Shown in pieces: positions 13,539 through 26,236 of a stretch of DNA of 64,000 nt. The position numbers and the translations under genes are program-made. Position 1 is the first letter of the stretch, and the number at the start of each line of letters is the position of its first letter. The notes under the pieces were generated by a model, which was not told the origin of the DNA, searched no databases, and saw nothing but the letters and a program-made list of their open reading frames with translations. Origin of the DNA: Moniliella sp. 'wahieum' (taxonomy: Eukaryota); assembly GCA_003971905.1 (NCBI GenBank), contig RSEE01000004.1, forward strand, positions 1,054,001 through 1,118,000. Direction: 5' to 3'.

Positions 13539-15149
13539 TTAGAATCCACCTAATGCACCTTCGCCCTCATCTCCAAACGAAGCTACAGTCGGAAGGGAAT
13601 GGCGTCGCTTCTCGCCTTTCTTCTTCTTCTTCTTAATGGGAGGGGGCAGGAGGACCATGGGTGTCGACTCGGCGCGATGGCCACAGTGTCCCCAATCCAG
13701 CGGCCGTACAGAAGCACAAGGCCCAGAAGCGCACACTGGACCCCGTAAGCTCATTGCTTGCACGTCCAGTCCTGTAGGTAGAGGGTTGGGAATGCAGGGA
13801 AATGGTGAAGTGGTCATGGAGGAGGACAGTGCGCGCCATGATCCGTCATTACATCCACCATCGCCTTCGCCGCGGCCAAGCGACAAGGAATCCCGGCTGC
13901 TATGGGGAAGCAGCTGGTGGTGGTTGAAGTGAAGTCCGAACCCGAGCAATACGATCCATACGAGACATTGTCGCAGAATGTCAAGGAATCATGGGACGAA
14001 GAAGGGGAAACCGACGGGGCTGCAGGCTGGTCCGGCACCTGTAGAGGTAGGGGGCAGATTCATCGTGGGTCAAACACGAAGAAGCCAATAATGGGGCTTG
14101 GCCTGCGGTCGGAGTCCCGGTCCTGGTCGAATCGGGATCCGACTCGACCGATCCAGAGGTACTGGGAAGAGAGGTGGAGCGCAGGTGGAGCGCACACGAA
14201 GCCAAGTACCCCTCCAACTGGAGCCAGGAAGCGAAGGCGATGGGATAGGAGTCCTATCATCCCCACCTGCCATCGTGATTGTAGAGCCTTGTGACCCATC
14301 AGGGCCTGGCATGCCTTGCATCTGTTGAAGCGCAGGGGTGGCGAGCGCACCAAAGGAGCGAATGCATGGTGTCGGCCAGTGACAGTTTCGGTTCGTGTCT
14401 TCAGCCATGGGAAACAACATTGTTTCCAGTTCACGTTCGTCCGAACGCGGAAGAGGAGCATCGAGGGACAGATCGGCCAGTACCAATGGTTGCAGCCGCG
14501 TCGAAGTATCGAACCCCACTACCTGTCCAGCTTGTAGACGGGTAGACCAGGACGACCCAAAGTAATCGAGCTGCGTGCTCGCCTTGGCCACGCGGATGGC
14601 CAACGGGAAGGAAAAGGGGTTTCTTCTTCGTCCGACACGACATCGTCGCTACAGTAGGAACGGCAGCGGCGCATACTCAGGTCGAGCGAGGACCCACGGC
14701 CCTGTGTGGATTGGATGGGGGTCCGGTCGTACGCGGCGCGCGAGTAGGTCCATCCGGACGCAGGTGTATCGCTGTGGTCAAAGCGGACGAGTTGGATGCG
14801 GGGCCGGTCTACCGCATTGGAGTGGTTGGGGTAGTAGCGAAAGCTAGGGGGGAAGCGGGACTGCAAAGAAACACAGGCAGTGTGGCTGAGAACGAGTTGG
14901 CTGGCACGTGCCGAGATACCACCTTCTTGAGGCACGGAACGCACGTACGGGCATGGCGGTGACGCGGGACAGCACCAGGGGAGGGGAGGGAGAAATCGAG
15001 TGGGGCATCGGAAAGCCTTCAGTACTGCTGCAAAGTGGGTCGGGATCAGGCTCAGGCTCAGGTTCAAGCTCGAGCTCATCGTCGAGTGCATCCGCAGTAT
15101 CGACTCGCAGCAGGGGAGCTACCGTATCAGACACAACAGAGGCTGTCAT
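13539..15149 (-). CDS. Uncharacterised low-complexity protein with VRF..TYSxxxYDR motif (PP1-regulator-like) and C-terminal LGGF
   Basis: Overlapping minus-strand ORFs from MTASVVSDT..; RIQLVRFDHSDTPASGWTYSRAAYDRTPI; ends KKKKKK..DEGEGALGGF*. Confidence 0.55.
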
Positions 15150-16601
15150 GGAGTGAAGATACCAGGTGTCAGCCAGGCCAGTGCAAAAGCATACGCGCAT
15201 GCTGGATGGCCGGAGAAAGGAGCGACGCACAGGGCATGGCCACCAAGCGGGGGGCGTGCTGGAGGGCACACGGGCAGAGCAAAACACAGCGCGCGCACGC
15301 CAACCAGGCCGAGTGCCGATACGACGATGCGGCGATGGGGACTGGCGCGCGCGTGGGTGCTGGTGCCCCTGCTGATGCTGGTGGGAACGCTGGTGGGGGG
15401 CAAAAGAGGGGCAGGTGGAGCGGATCGTGTGGCCAAATGACAAGGGCACAAATACTGGCCCACGTACACGTACAGAAGGTCATGCATTAGCGTAGCGCCA
15501 TTAATGCCATTAGTACATTAGCCCAGTCCGAACCCAGCGAGCGCCTCGCACGCTCTCTGACCAAGACAGCCCCCAAGGCCAGCGTAGGAAGGAGAGACGC
15601 CGAAGCGCCCCGTGCGACCCCTGTCCTGCTGTCCCAGACACACAGCTGCACCGACCATCGATCATCGCTCGCCAGATGACGAGGGCGCTGGCGCTGGGCA
15701 GCCTCCAGGCTGCAAGGTCTCAAGCCTGCCCCAGCTCCCCCGGCCACGCAGGCGCCATGCGATGGGCTTGAAGCGTTAAGCGTGAGAAGCTCGAGGGCGT
15801 GCGGCTGCCGTGGAGCCGATCTGGGGCGCACGCACAGGCGCAGTGTGCGACTTTCCCAGCTACCCCCCCCCCCCGCCCTGGTTGCGGCGCACGGCGGCTG
15901 TGGCCTGGTGGGGCCTGGTGGGGCCCGGTGTGTGGCCCGGGCACCAGTCCCACTCGATTCGCCCTTTGCCCACGCGCCCTATCCATGCCATTCCACACGG
16001 CTGGTTGCTACGCCTAGGCCACACGCCTCTCTTGTCCCGCAATTTCTCCTTCAAAGCCTGCCGGGCCGCCCACCGACTCAGCAACATCATGCATCAGCGG
16101 GCCTGCAACTGCCGCGCTGGGACAGCAGCCGGCTGTACATCGGTAACCGGTAGCTCTTCTGCAATAGATGTGTTAGGGTTGGGTCCTTGGCCTTATCTCT
16201 CCTACTTCCATCCATGTGAGGCCCAGTGGAACGCCAAGCGGGCTCCTGCTGTGTCCCCTTGAAGAGTCCCCTCCAAAAACACAGTCCCGAAAGTTGTCAC
16301 TCTATCCCCTGTCGAGAGGGCTATATGCAATTGTACACCCTTACTATACGAGTCGTATGCGGGCACCAATGAGCCCGAGTAGAGGAGGGAAGAGGAAAGA
16401 CACGACAAGACGTATGCATGCGATTCGACATTACTGAAAGAGGACGGTCCGTCTCCGACGGGTTCTCAAGTATCCACAAAGAAAGGAGCCCATATAGAGA
16501 GGAAACTGGGACAAGGTGGGCGACAGATGTGGGAGGTACGAAAGAGAATGCACTTTCGCACCGTAGAACCTAGTATACGCGGAGGGGGGGGATTGAGAAC
16601 G

Positions 16602-19600
16602 TTAATGCAACGACAAGGCAAGGTTGTGTGGACTTCCGATCACCTGGACCAGCTCGCCCAGCTCATCCACACTGTATCGGCTCACGGAGGAGGAAGTGGG
16701 GGCATGGGCGCATCGACCAGCGGGGCCGGCGTCGTCAGCTCCAGTCCCGAATGAATGAGAGGGGGGTAGCGGCCTCGGGACCGAGGATCCGGTTGGCTGG
16801 GCGCCAGGTGCCGAGAAGGAGATTTTGGCCGGCGCTGCGAGCGGCACATCCCACTTCTTATTGCGTGGTCCGCCCGCACCCTGCGGCCCCGCAGGAGACA
16901 GTGACCCAACAGACAATGGGACAGGATACATCCCTGTCAAATCCCCGAGCCCCGTCAGAGGTGCACGCTGTTGTGAGGCGGAGAAGCGGGTCCCTGGACT
17001 GCGGAAAGATCGGCATGGGACAGAGACATGTCCCTCCCGTTGGGCGTGCCGGCAACAAGGAAGGCGCGGAGCGATGTTTGATGGCTGTGGGGGGTGGAAG
17101 GCCACGGCTCCTGCCGAATCTGCTCTGGAGGGGGTGGAGAAACCCGACAACGGGCCCTGTGTTGCGAGTGGTCCGATCGGGTGGATTTAAGCTGGTCGGT
17201 TCCGAGCCCTTCAACAGGTTAAACCCCAAGCCAGATGTCGGCTCGGGACCCAATCCAGAGCTCGTAGGGATGCGCCCAGAGAGTATGGGGGCACCGGACA
17301 GTAAACCAGCCTCACTTCTTGACGACTGTGGTGGCAGAAGAGTCGGGAGATTTGGCGACGTGACAGAGACAGAGGGTACTTGACCAGGCTGGCTCGAGGA
17401 CACGGGAGGTTGTGAAAGATTGGCTGTAGGTAGAGAACGAGGGGCAGCGCATGGGGACGAGGGAAGAACAGGATTCGAGTGAGAAGATGGTATAACTGTT
17501 GGGGTCTGTTTGGGAGAAAGTCTTGGTTGTGAGCGTGCGAACCTTGCGAAACATGGAGGCACTTCGTTTACGGGTCATCGCACGGATGCCTAGAGCACTT
17601 TGGGGGAGTGGAGGCGGAAGTTCCTGTTCAGAAGAGATCGCATTGTCCCCTCTGGACCCCTTGGAGGGTATAGTTGGAGCGGTAGTGAGACCAAGAGAGT
17701 TGGCCAACGCGGTAAATGCAGCTGGCGTCGGCATCGGCGCGGGTTTGGTCGTTCCTGGATTCTTGTCATCGACGACAATCTACACAGAGTCAGCAGTTGA
17801 AACGGTACCGGAGTGATGAAAAGCCTGATTCCAGACCGAGTAGAGCAAGAGCAGGCTAATCGATGTTTGGGGGGAGAGGGCAGCAGGGTTGAAACGTACC
17901 TGGGAGGCATGTGGTGCTGATTGTGCAAGAACGTGAGCCGAAGAGGGTGCCGATTGGGTCCGAGGTGGAATGGACACTGGCTCATCCACGGGTGTTCGCA
18001 TACAGGACGATCCAGCACCGTGCCCTCGACACCAAAGCCACGCCAACCGCGACGACTTGGTACGAGACGTTGGGCCTTCAGGGGGATGCTTGATGGCAGG
18101 AGGGGGCGCTGGAAGTGCGACCGGCGGCTGGTGAGTGGGGAGCGATGGTGTCAAAAGAAGACATGCCATTCGCGTCGACAAGGACGGGTTGAGGATGTAT
18201 CGTTGACGTGTGTGCAAACAATGATGGCGAAGGATTAGCCAAGCCGGGGATGGAGAAGTGTAACCCGCACTGAGGTTGGTGCGAATTGGGCCAAAGCTGC
18301 GGGGTCGGCGATGGCGTAGCCGTATTGGCCTTCTGGGTTCGGCATAACAGAGATGGACGGGTATTGTTCAGCCCAGTTTGGGACCGGAGGGGCAGGAAGG
18401 GGAGGCTGCCAAGTCGGGGGGCTGGGGAACCTTCGCTCTGGCTTCGTGTACGGGAAGTTGGGTGTTCAGAGGGCGCGCGAAGTACTCCCATCCGACTGGA
18501 AGACTTGGTCCCTCGAAGCGAGTCATGAGGGAGTGGGGTGTTGCTGCCGAGAGCAGAAGAAGGATTCAAGCTACACTTCCCCGACAAGGAGGATCGATGT
18601 CCATGTACGCCACGAGTAGTGGACGCACGCGAGACTGGGGGCCCTGAATGACCGGGTGAAGTCTCCCACATCTCATGGTCCTGTGTCCTTACCCGCTCCG
18701 GTCTGGTCGCAACCGGGGCCAACTTGCAGAATGAAACGAATCCCGAGCGGGATGCGGTAAGGATGGATGCCCCAGAGCCCGAGTCCCAGAAGAGAATAGC
18801 ATATCCTTCTCCCCAGAAGGGACGCGGAACCACTGCTTTAGGGGACCAATCTAGGCTGTCTATCCCGTGAGGGCGTGGACCAGGGGCACTCTTCCTGGTC
18901 GGACGGGACAGAGAGCAGCTTTGCGAATCTGTAGACCGGCACTGTGTATCTTCAGTTCGGCGGGAACCGCCTGTGGATCGGCGTGACCGGCAAATGCTTG
19001 AGACTTGGTCTGTGTCATGGCGCTGGGACCGAACGGGTAAATCCGGACGAAAGCCAGAATCGTCTTTGGCTCGAAGATCCAATGGGAAGGATGAGGATGA
19101 GATCGGGAATGGACAATGAAACTGTCGTCAGCGCGTTCGGTAGACCCTCGACCGCCGGCTCGTGAACCGGACCGGGATCGAAATGGCGCACGACGATGTA
19201 CCTCCAGATCCATTTCGTCCGAGCCCGACGCCGGAGAAAGAGACGAATGAAGGGCATCTTCGTACCGTTCTCTGCGCTTGGCACGTGAACTTTTCGGCCG
19301 AACTGACTCGGTCCTGCTTACTTTGCGACTTTCCAATGGCCGGAAAGGTCGATGGCTGGTACGGTTGCTCGATCTCGTCTCCTTGCATTGGTCAAACTCG
19401 CTGCGAGTGAGGCTGATAATGGTGCGGCGCAGATTCTTTTTTGACAGACTTAGCACGAGCACGTTTGGATATAGCAGAACAGATACGTACCTCGATCTCC
19501 TTACATTGGCGATCCAACAGTGCCCGTTGCCGTCTAATTTCGCCAGCCAGAAAACTGTCATGGGCGACGACACCGCTGTGGGAACCTGAGAGTCCACATC

Positions 19601-22136
19601 AACTGGGGGGCTCGGACGTTCTGATTGGAATCCGGTCCACCGGTTCGAAGTGGAAGAAGTCATGAACATCACATCTGGCTTAACATCTGGGACTGCTGAG
19701 GATTGCTGCCAAGAGCACCACCCTCAGGATGCGGATCGCGAGAGCTAGAAGGGTTGATCGACTGTGAGGGAGGAAAAGGCGGTATGACCCGATTGGACTG
19801 AGCTTTCCTCCGTCGTATCCCCTAATCCGTGACGCGCACAAGACGATTCGGGTGGCGAGGCAGTGGAGCTTTGCCCCATAGGGAGCTCGGACTGTTCCAC
19901 TGCTGTAGGGCAAGCATGCACCATGGAAGACGAATGAGGAGGCACAACCACCTTCGGCCACATAAGGCCCGGTCAGCAGCTGTTGGATTTCCTGAGGGAA
20001 GAGAGCGCAGTGAGGCAGTGTCGACCCTTTCTTTGTCCACCGCAGACAATGCTCTAGTCCTGGAGCTTGAGAAGCTGGGCCCAGCCAAGTCAACAATGGA
20101 TGTGGACTCGTGAAGAGGCCATCCAGCCTGCTCTCGGGAGCGACAAACGCATAAGATGATCCAAGGACACAACCATATCCGAAGGCGTGGTGGACGTCTG
20201 GGAAGGAAAGAGCTGGTGCTGGTCTAGCCCTGATGTATCCTCTTCGGATCTGGGGAAGGGGAACGGAAGAGGAAGACACAGACCTGGGAGGGCCAACTGG
20301 AGGGTGATCAGCCTTGGTTCCAGTATGGGGCATTTTCGCTTCAAGATCATTCACAGTAGTAGGGGAGGGCAGGCTATTGGGTGCATGCGACTCAAGAGAC
20401 CGGGTCGTTCCTTGGTGGTGCTGGGTGACACGAACTGGTGACCCCGCAAACGCCCCAACAGGAGAGCCAAGGAATAACGATTCGTCGTCCGCGTCTGCAT
20501 CGGACAGGGGCAACGCAGGGGGAGTAGAAGTATCAGACTGGTCACCGAGGTGGGTACGAAGGCCCGTTTTCAGCGACAGGTTAGAGGCAGCCAAGCCGAG
20601 AGCAAACTCGTGCTTCAGGTGTTCCAACGGTTCTTGCCGCTGGGCCCGACGAGTGTCCCGAGCAGTCGGGCGCAGAGGCGAGCTGGCATCGGGTTCGAGA
20701 GACGGGTACCCATGGGAGCCCCCGACAGCGAAATCCGAAGAGCGCAGTGCCTTTCGGATCTGGCGCGGCGTACACGAGTCGTCAGAAGGCTCGTCAAATT
20801 CGAATGTGCGGCGATACGGAGAAGGGAAGGGATCATTAGACAGGGCGGCGGTCCATGGCTCCGAGCGCAAGGGGGCGGTGTAGACTGCTGAGAACCGGGC
20901 TGGGACGATCTCCATCGGGGGTGAGCAGGGAACCGTGAGGGGGAGAATGGCGCTGCCGGTGACTCGATTGCGGAAACGGTTTGTGGTGAACGACCATCCA
21001 GTCCCTGCCAAACGGGGAGGGCCAACCGGGCTTGGATGCGGTCGAGGGGTACGAGGAGTAGATGGGGACACGGCATCGACGCTGAAATGGTCGAGGCAGG
21101 GGGCGATAGTAGGTGAAGACTTGTGAGGGAGTCCCGCCTCATCTATGGTGGATCCTGCGCTGCCTTCGGGCAGGCGGGGGAGGAAACCACTAGGAGGGGG
21201 ATGAAGGACGCCAGGGCCGTGGGGCAAAGGTATTTGAATCTGAGTATTGGGCAACACGGATCTGGGCTGGTCCAAGTAAGGCGAGGGGCTGCGGCCGAGG
21301 GCTGTATGCTTGGCCGAAACAAGAACCAGCCCTTTCAGCCCGGCACCGGGCCTTCGCTCAAGAATACGTGACGATGATGTGTGGGAGGCGGATGGAGACG
21401 GTGCCAAAGCTCCAGCACGATCCGAGGAAGGGGCCGAGCTCCCTGTCGAACCTGACGGGTCGCAGGCATGACCAACATCAACAGGATCCTGGATCCCTCT
21501 GGCGGAAGGCCATGTGGCGGAGAGGGGGTCGTGTCGTTGGGAAAGATAGGAACGGGAAAGGCATTCAAAAGGGGTGTCAGAGCATGCGCCGCCTGTTCCA
21601 ACACCGACGCCGAGTCGGGAGAGTGAAATGCGCGGCTGGACTGGTCGTCCCGCGTATTTCCGTCGGCCGGAGCAGCTCCGACCCTGGCCTGGCGCGCTCT
21701 GGCGGGGGTCAGAAGAAACATGCGGGGTTGAGTCAAGGGTGGGAAAAGTAGGAGAACGTGTGTGCTCTTCACCCAGACGACCCTGGGGGGGATGGGCAGG
21801 ACGCAGGGGCATCCATGCCGGGATGGGACGGAGGCGCGGAAGCAAGTTGGAGTGTACGGGTGGGAAAGAGGGCTGGCGGCGCCAGAAGCGGGGGCAAAGG
21901 CTACCCCCACGGCACCAGGGCCTCGGCCGCGACGCACAGAAGGAGGAAGAGCCATGCAGCTTACAGGGCGAGCAGCCACCACAGCGGCGCCCAGCCAGTG
22001 ACAGTCGCCCGCCGTGGGGGCAGTGGAGGAGGGGCCCAGTGGTCTGCCGCTCCCGAGTGTCGGCCAAGGTGACGGTGAGCAGCTGTGCGCCTGAGGCCCG
22101 AGGGCCTGACACCGGGTTAAGCACTGCCGAGGACAC
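16602..22136 (-). CDS. Very large Ser/Pro-rich protein of unknown function (frameshifted; may be more than one gene)
   Basis: 818-aa ORF 19680-22136 followed by abutting or overlapping long minus-strand ORFs down to 16602; no recognisable domain. Confidence 0.45.
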
Positions 22137-22315
22137 AGCGTGTCTAACACAGGTGCTTCACGCGACGGGCCCTGCCTGGGCCATCACGCGCCTTCATCTG
22201 CCCTGTCCAGCGCAAACCCAAGCACACCTGTCACTGTCACATCCACATCACCTGCACCGCTGCACCGCTGTTGGCGCTGTTGTGCCGCCTGTTGTGGGTG
22301 TGCGAATCGCTCAAT

Positions 22316-22500
22316 CGTCACGTCACGCGTCACGTCGCATATCCTGGATCGTGAAAACCTGTACGCCCTCGGGCCCTCTCATTCTCTCAGGCCTCAGGCT
22401 GAGGCCTCTCAGGCTTGCCTCCGGCCTCGGGCCTCAGCACCTCAGCGGCTGAGGCTCAGGATGAGCGCGCTGAACTCTACTGAGCCAGGCTGAGCCTCGT
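22316..22500. repeat. Dense CTNAG/GTNAC palindrome cluster
   Basis: (CGTCACG)2 at 22321; about ten CTCAG/CTGAG within 22386-22496 (CCTCAGG, GCTGAGG, CCTCAGC, GCTGAGC). Confidence 0.8.
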
Positions 22501-22680
22501 GCGCATCGCAAGAATCAAAACGGCAACACGCCCCCCTCCCCTCCGTGAAATCTGCAAATGCACCACTCTTCCATCGTCTGTAGCGCCTAGGTGATCGATC
22601 GCGCGATGGCGCGTGCGTACATGAAGCTGAAAGTAAAGTGGCGTGGTCAGAGGTCAGAACCACTTGATACTTGAAGCTCT

Positions 22681-22892
22681 TGTTGAGCCAGGTGGCTCGT
22701 GCTTTGGCCAATGACCTAGTTCCGCTGTTTTCCCTCTCTCCTGTTTTCCTCCTTGTCCCGCCGCTTAGTCCCTGATGGCGACTCGCTGCTTGAGGTTCTT
22801 CTGTAGGCATTGAACTGGTTGCTACACTACTACCACCACCAGTCCGATTGCATCGCCCTCGAGGACCATCAGGACTCCAGGTCTCTTCATCA
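22681..22892 (+). mobile_element. Solo LTR, family A (212 bp)
   Basis: Ends TGTTG..TCA; perfect 5-bp TSD GCTCT (22676-22680 and 22893-22897); colinear homolog at 32269-32504. Confidence 0.9.
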
Positions 22893-22930
22893 GCTCTTGA
22901 ACCCCTGATAATGCTTGAAACTTGACACTT

Positions 22931-23201
22931 GTACTAATAGCGACGTATACTAGTCTGGCAGACGGCGCGGTCTGAGCTACCAGAAGCAGATGAGCGAGAA
23001 CGAGATAACAAGTTGAGCGAAGAGATGGCGGTGATAGGGAAGAACAGAGTGGAATGCGCCAGTGGTGCCTACTATACGAGCGGCTTACAATTGGAACAAG
23101 GTGGAGGCGCCACGGATAGGACGCGCGGCGCAGGCTAAGCCTAAAACAAAACCTCTAACTAGTAGAGCAGTGCCACTCACAACAGCCACCACGGTACAAC
23201 A
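22931..23201 (-). mobile_element. Probable solo LTR (about 271 bp)
   Basis: Minus strand starts TGTTGTAC; flanked by CACTT on both sides; the far end reads TAC rather than TACA (one base short, in a T run). Confidence 0.5.
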
Positions 23202-24007
23202 CACTTCAAGCTTCAAACTTCCAGACCTTCAACTCGGCACTTTAGCTAGCGAAGAAATAGCTTCCTGTTGATACATGGCATTACTATAGGAACTCACACA
23301 CCAACAGATGGGCAGGTCGGTTTGGCGCATCATTTGTCCCAGCGCTTAAGCTCTGAATGATATGTGGCTATACAGAGTAGAATACGCATAGCGCCGTCGA
23401 TTATACCGAGAGTACGCGACCTCGGTGAATGCTTCCTTAACTTTATTCGCCTCAGATGCTGTCGTCATCATCTGCATTTGTTAGGTTTGTGGAGTTTTCA
23501 AGCTCGTGGAATTCACCGCCGATGTTGGCGGCGACAGATGGCATCTAAAGATCTAAAATGGAAACAATTTTGGCATCACGATAGTGACTGTGCGCCTAAA
23601 GTGGTCTGACCTATATGAGCAGGCCAGCACCCAACCTCGCCTTCATACGTCCGTCAAGAGCTTCAAGCGCGGGAGTGCCTTTGAAGCCTCACGGACTGCT
23701 GTTACGAATTCATCTCCATCCCCATCTCACCGAGTGGTAGCCTTGGTCCTCGGCTCCAGCGGCCATACACACTCAGCTCTGCTGACTCCAGACAAGCGGC
23801 CAACGCACTGTCAACGGCAGGGAGAATGAGGTGAGGTGCACAGAATACATGCACGGCACACGGTACAAAAGAGGAAGCACTGTAACACGAACGGAGAATC
23901 ACAGCGAGTTGTATTGAAAACTCCATCTAGGCCTTAAAAGACCAGGAAGGGGTGGATACAGATCCTGCACCATGATGGATGGGGGTACATAACCGCGCCA
24001 GGAAAAT

Positions 24008-24543
24008 TTACTCCTCCTTGACCTCCTTCTTGTTCTGTTTGGTGAAGAAAATCTCACGTCAGTTTCCACCGTAAAACACATTGGGCTACAACGACCGCCG
24101 GTAGAGGGCAAGCACGTACCAGAACCAAGTTGGGGAAGTTGAGGATAGTCAGGCCAGCCAGACTAAAGAACAGCACCTTCTTCGCCGCTGGATGAAGAGG
24201 AAACGGAAAGTCAGTTGGTGTACCAACAGCAGCATGGAAGGCGAAAGAAAGGGAGCAATGCTGCCCCGACCGCGAAAGTCATCGAGTCGGGATACCAGCC
24301 ACTACATTGGACAGAAGACAGGTCGTTCTTTCTGTCTTCGATACGGCATCCGACTCGGCGGGCTGGAAAAAGAATACGTACTGATGTGGAAGTTGGCGTG
24401 CGGGCCACGCTGGTAGACCGGCTTGAGGCTGGACTGCAGCATGCGCTGCTTGGCAATGATGTGGTTACTGCGTACGGAGGAACCCAAGGCGTCAGTAACA
24501 GTAGCTGGCACGGGAGCATGGAGACGTACGGGTTGTTGAACAT
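24008..24543 (-). CDS. COX7: Cytochrome c oxidase subunit 7 (Cox7/VIIa), 64 aa, 4 exons
   Basis: Exons 24530-24543, 24382-24467, 24120-24187 and 24008-24034; all introns GTACGT..CTGAC..CAG; spliced product MFNNPNHIIAKQRMLQSSLKPVYQRGPHANFHITAKKVLFFSLAGLTILNFPNLVLNKKEVKEE*. Confidence 0.88.
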
Positions 24544-24880
24544 AGTTGGTGAACAGGTGTGGAACCAAAGGTGGTGGGCAAAAGCAGAGGGCGAACGGCG
24601 CCAGAGACAGCGGATGGTGGAAACTGGCCTGATAGGTGGCCCACGCCCTGGCCTTCTGCACCCGGCCTTACCTCATCCAAAATTAATAATGGCGGTGACG
24701 AGCGGTAGGGTTAGTTATTACAAATCGAGCAGGAGCAAGCAAAGCGCTCCCGTGCCGCCCTCCGAGCGCCGGCTGGAGGAGAGGACCGGGGCTAGGGTTG
24801 GCATCGTGTTGGTAAGCAGCGCGGTCGTGGTCCCGGATTTTGCCTAAGGAAAGCTCTTCTCTAGCGACGACCACCTTTAA
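24544..24880. promoter_or_regulatory. Bidirectional COX7/CYT1 promoter with two TAGGGTT (AACCCTA) motifs
   Basis: Head-to-head genes; TAGGGTT at 24706 and 24793. Confidence 0.55.
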
Positions 24881-26236
24881 CTGGCGTTCCTCTGGCGTCG
24901 CTGCTTCGTAGGCTGTCAGCCGCGCTTCGCTGCCGCCGCAAGGGCGTAAGTTGATCTTCGTCTGTCTTCCCTGGGGCTGCACCTGTGCTCGGTGCTCTCT
25001 CTCGCTGCGGCCCACCTTTGTTCCCGTGTCGCTGTTAGCTTGGCCCTGGCACCCTCTTCTCCCCGTTCTCGGGCCTGTTCCTGGTTCCGAGTCGAGACCA
25101 GTGTGTCCCCATGTGGCTTGAACATTCACCGGGCTATGTCTTGTCAATTCTCTCGTTCCTTTTCCATGGTGAAGACGGCCTTGGCAGGAATTGGGTGGGA
25201 CCAAGATGGGACGTGGGCATTCGAACCCGTTTTTCCGGCTGTTCCGTGGAAAAGAGACCCCTCCTGGGTCCTCAGCTTGAGCATGGGCGATAGCTGATTG
25301 AACGTCAGTTTGGCTGACATTTACCTGTGTTGTCTTGCTCCCCAGACGCGGTACGTCTCGACGGCTAGCAATGCAGCTCAGGCAGAAGCGCCATTTTGGG
25401 CGTCGCGCACCGCTGCGTACGGCTCCACTGCAGCGGTGGGGTGGGGGATTGCGCTGTACGCCAGTGCGTTTTGAGGCACCTTTCCTTCCCGCTCTGAGCG
25501 CCAACGAGAAGGACGAGGGACTGCACCCGACCGCCTATCCCTGGCCGCACCTCGGTCACTTTGAGACGTACGACCACGCCTCTATCCGCCGTGGCTTCCA
25601 AGTGTACCGTGAAGTGTGCGCATCGTGCCATTCGTTGACGCGCATTGCGTGGCGCAACCTGGTGGGCGTATCGCACACGGTTGATGAGGTGAAGGAGATT
25701 GCGGCCGATTATGAGTACCAGGACGGGCCGAACGACGAGGGGGAGATGTTTACCCGCCCTGGCAAGTTGGCCGATTACATCCCTGCTCCTTACCCGAACG
25801 ACGAGGCGTCGCGTGCGGCCAACCAGGGTGCTCTTCCTCCCGACCTGTCGTTGATGGTAAAGGCGCGCCATTCGGGTGCCGACTACATCTTCTCCCTTTT
25901 GACTGGCTACGTTGACCCACCAGCTGGGGTGCACGTGCCAGAGGGAATGAACTTTAACCCTTACTTCCCCGGCACTCAGATTGGTATGGGCGTGTGCTGT
26001 TCGATGGGCTGGTGGAGTACGAAGATGGCACCCCAGCCACCACGTCGCAAATGGCCAAAGACGTGGTCACCTTCCTCAGTTGGGCCGCCTCGCCGGAGCA
26101 CGACGAGCGCAAGAAGATGGGGTTCCAGTACATGATCATTGCTTCCACCATGCTCGCCCTTTCCATTTGGGTCAAGAGGTACAAGTGGGCGTCGATCACC
26201 AACCGCAGACTGCAGTACAACCCGCCCAAACACTAA
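24881..26236 (+). CDS. CYT1: Cytochrome c1, mitochondrial complex III
   Basis: [31 protein letters not shown] (CxxCH), [44 protein letters not shown]; first intron about 24946-25345; start codon not resolved. Confidence 0.97.
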
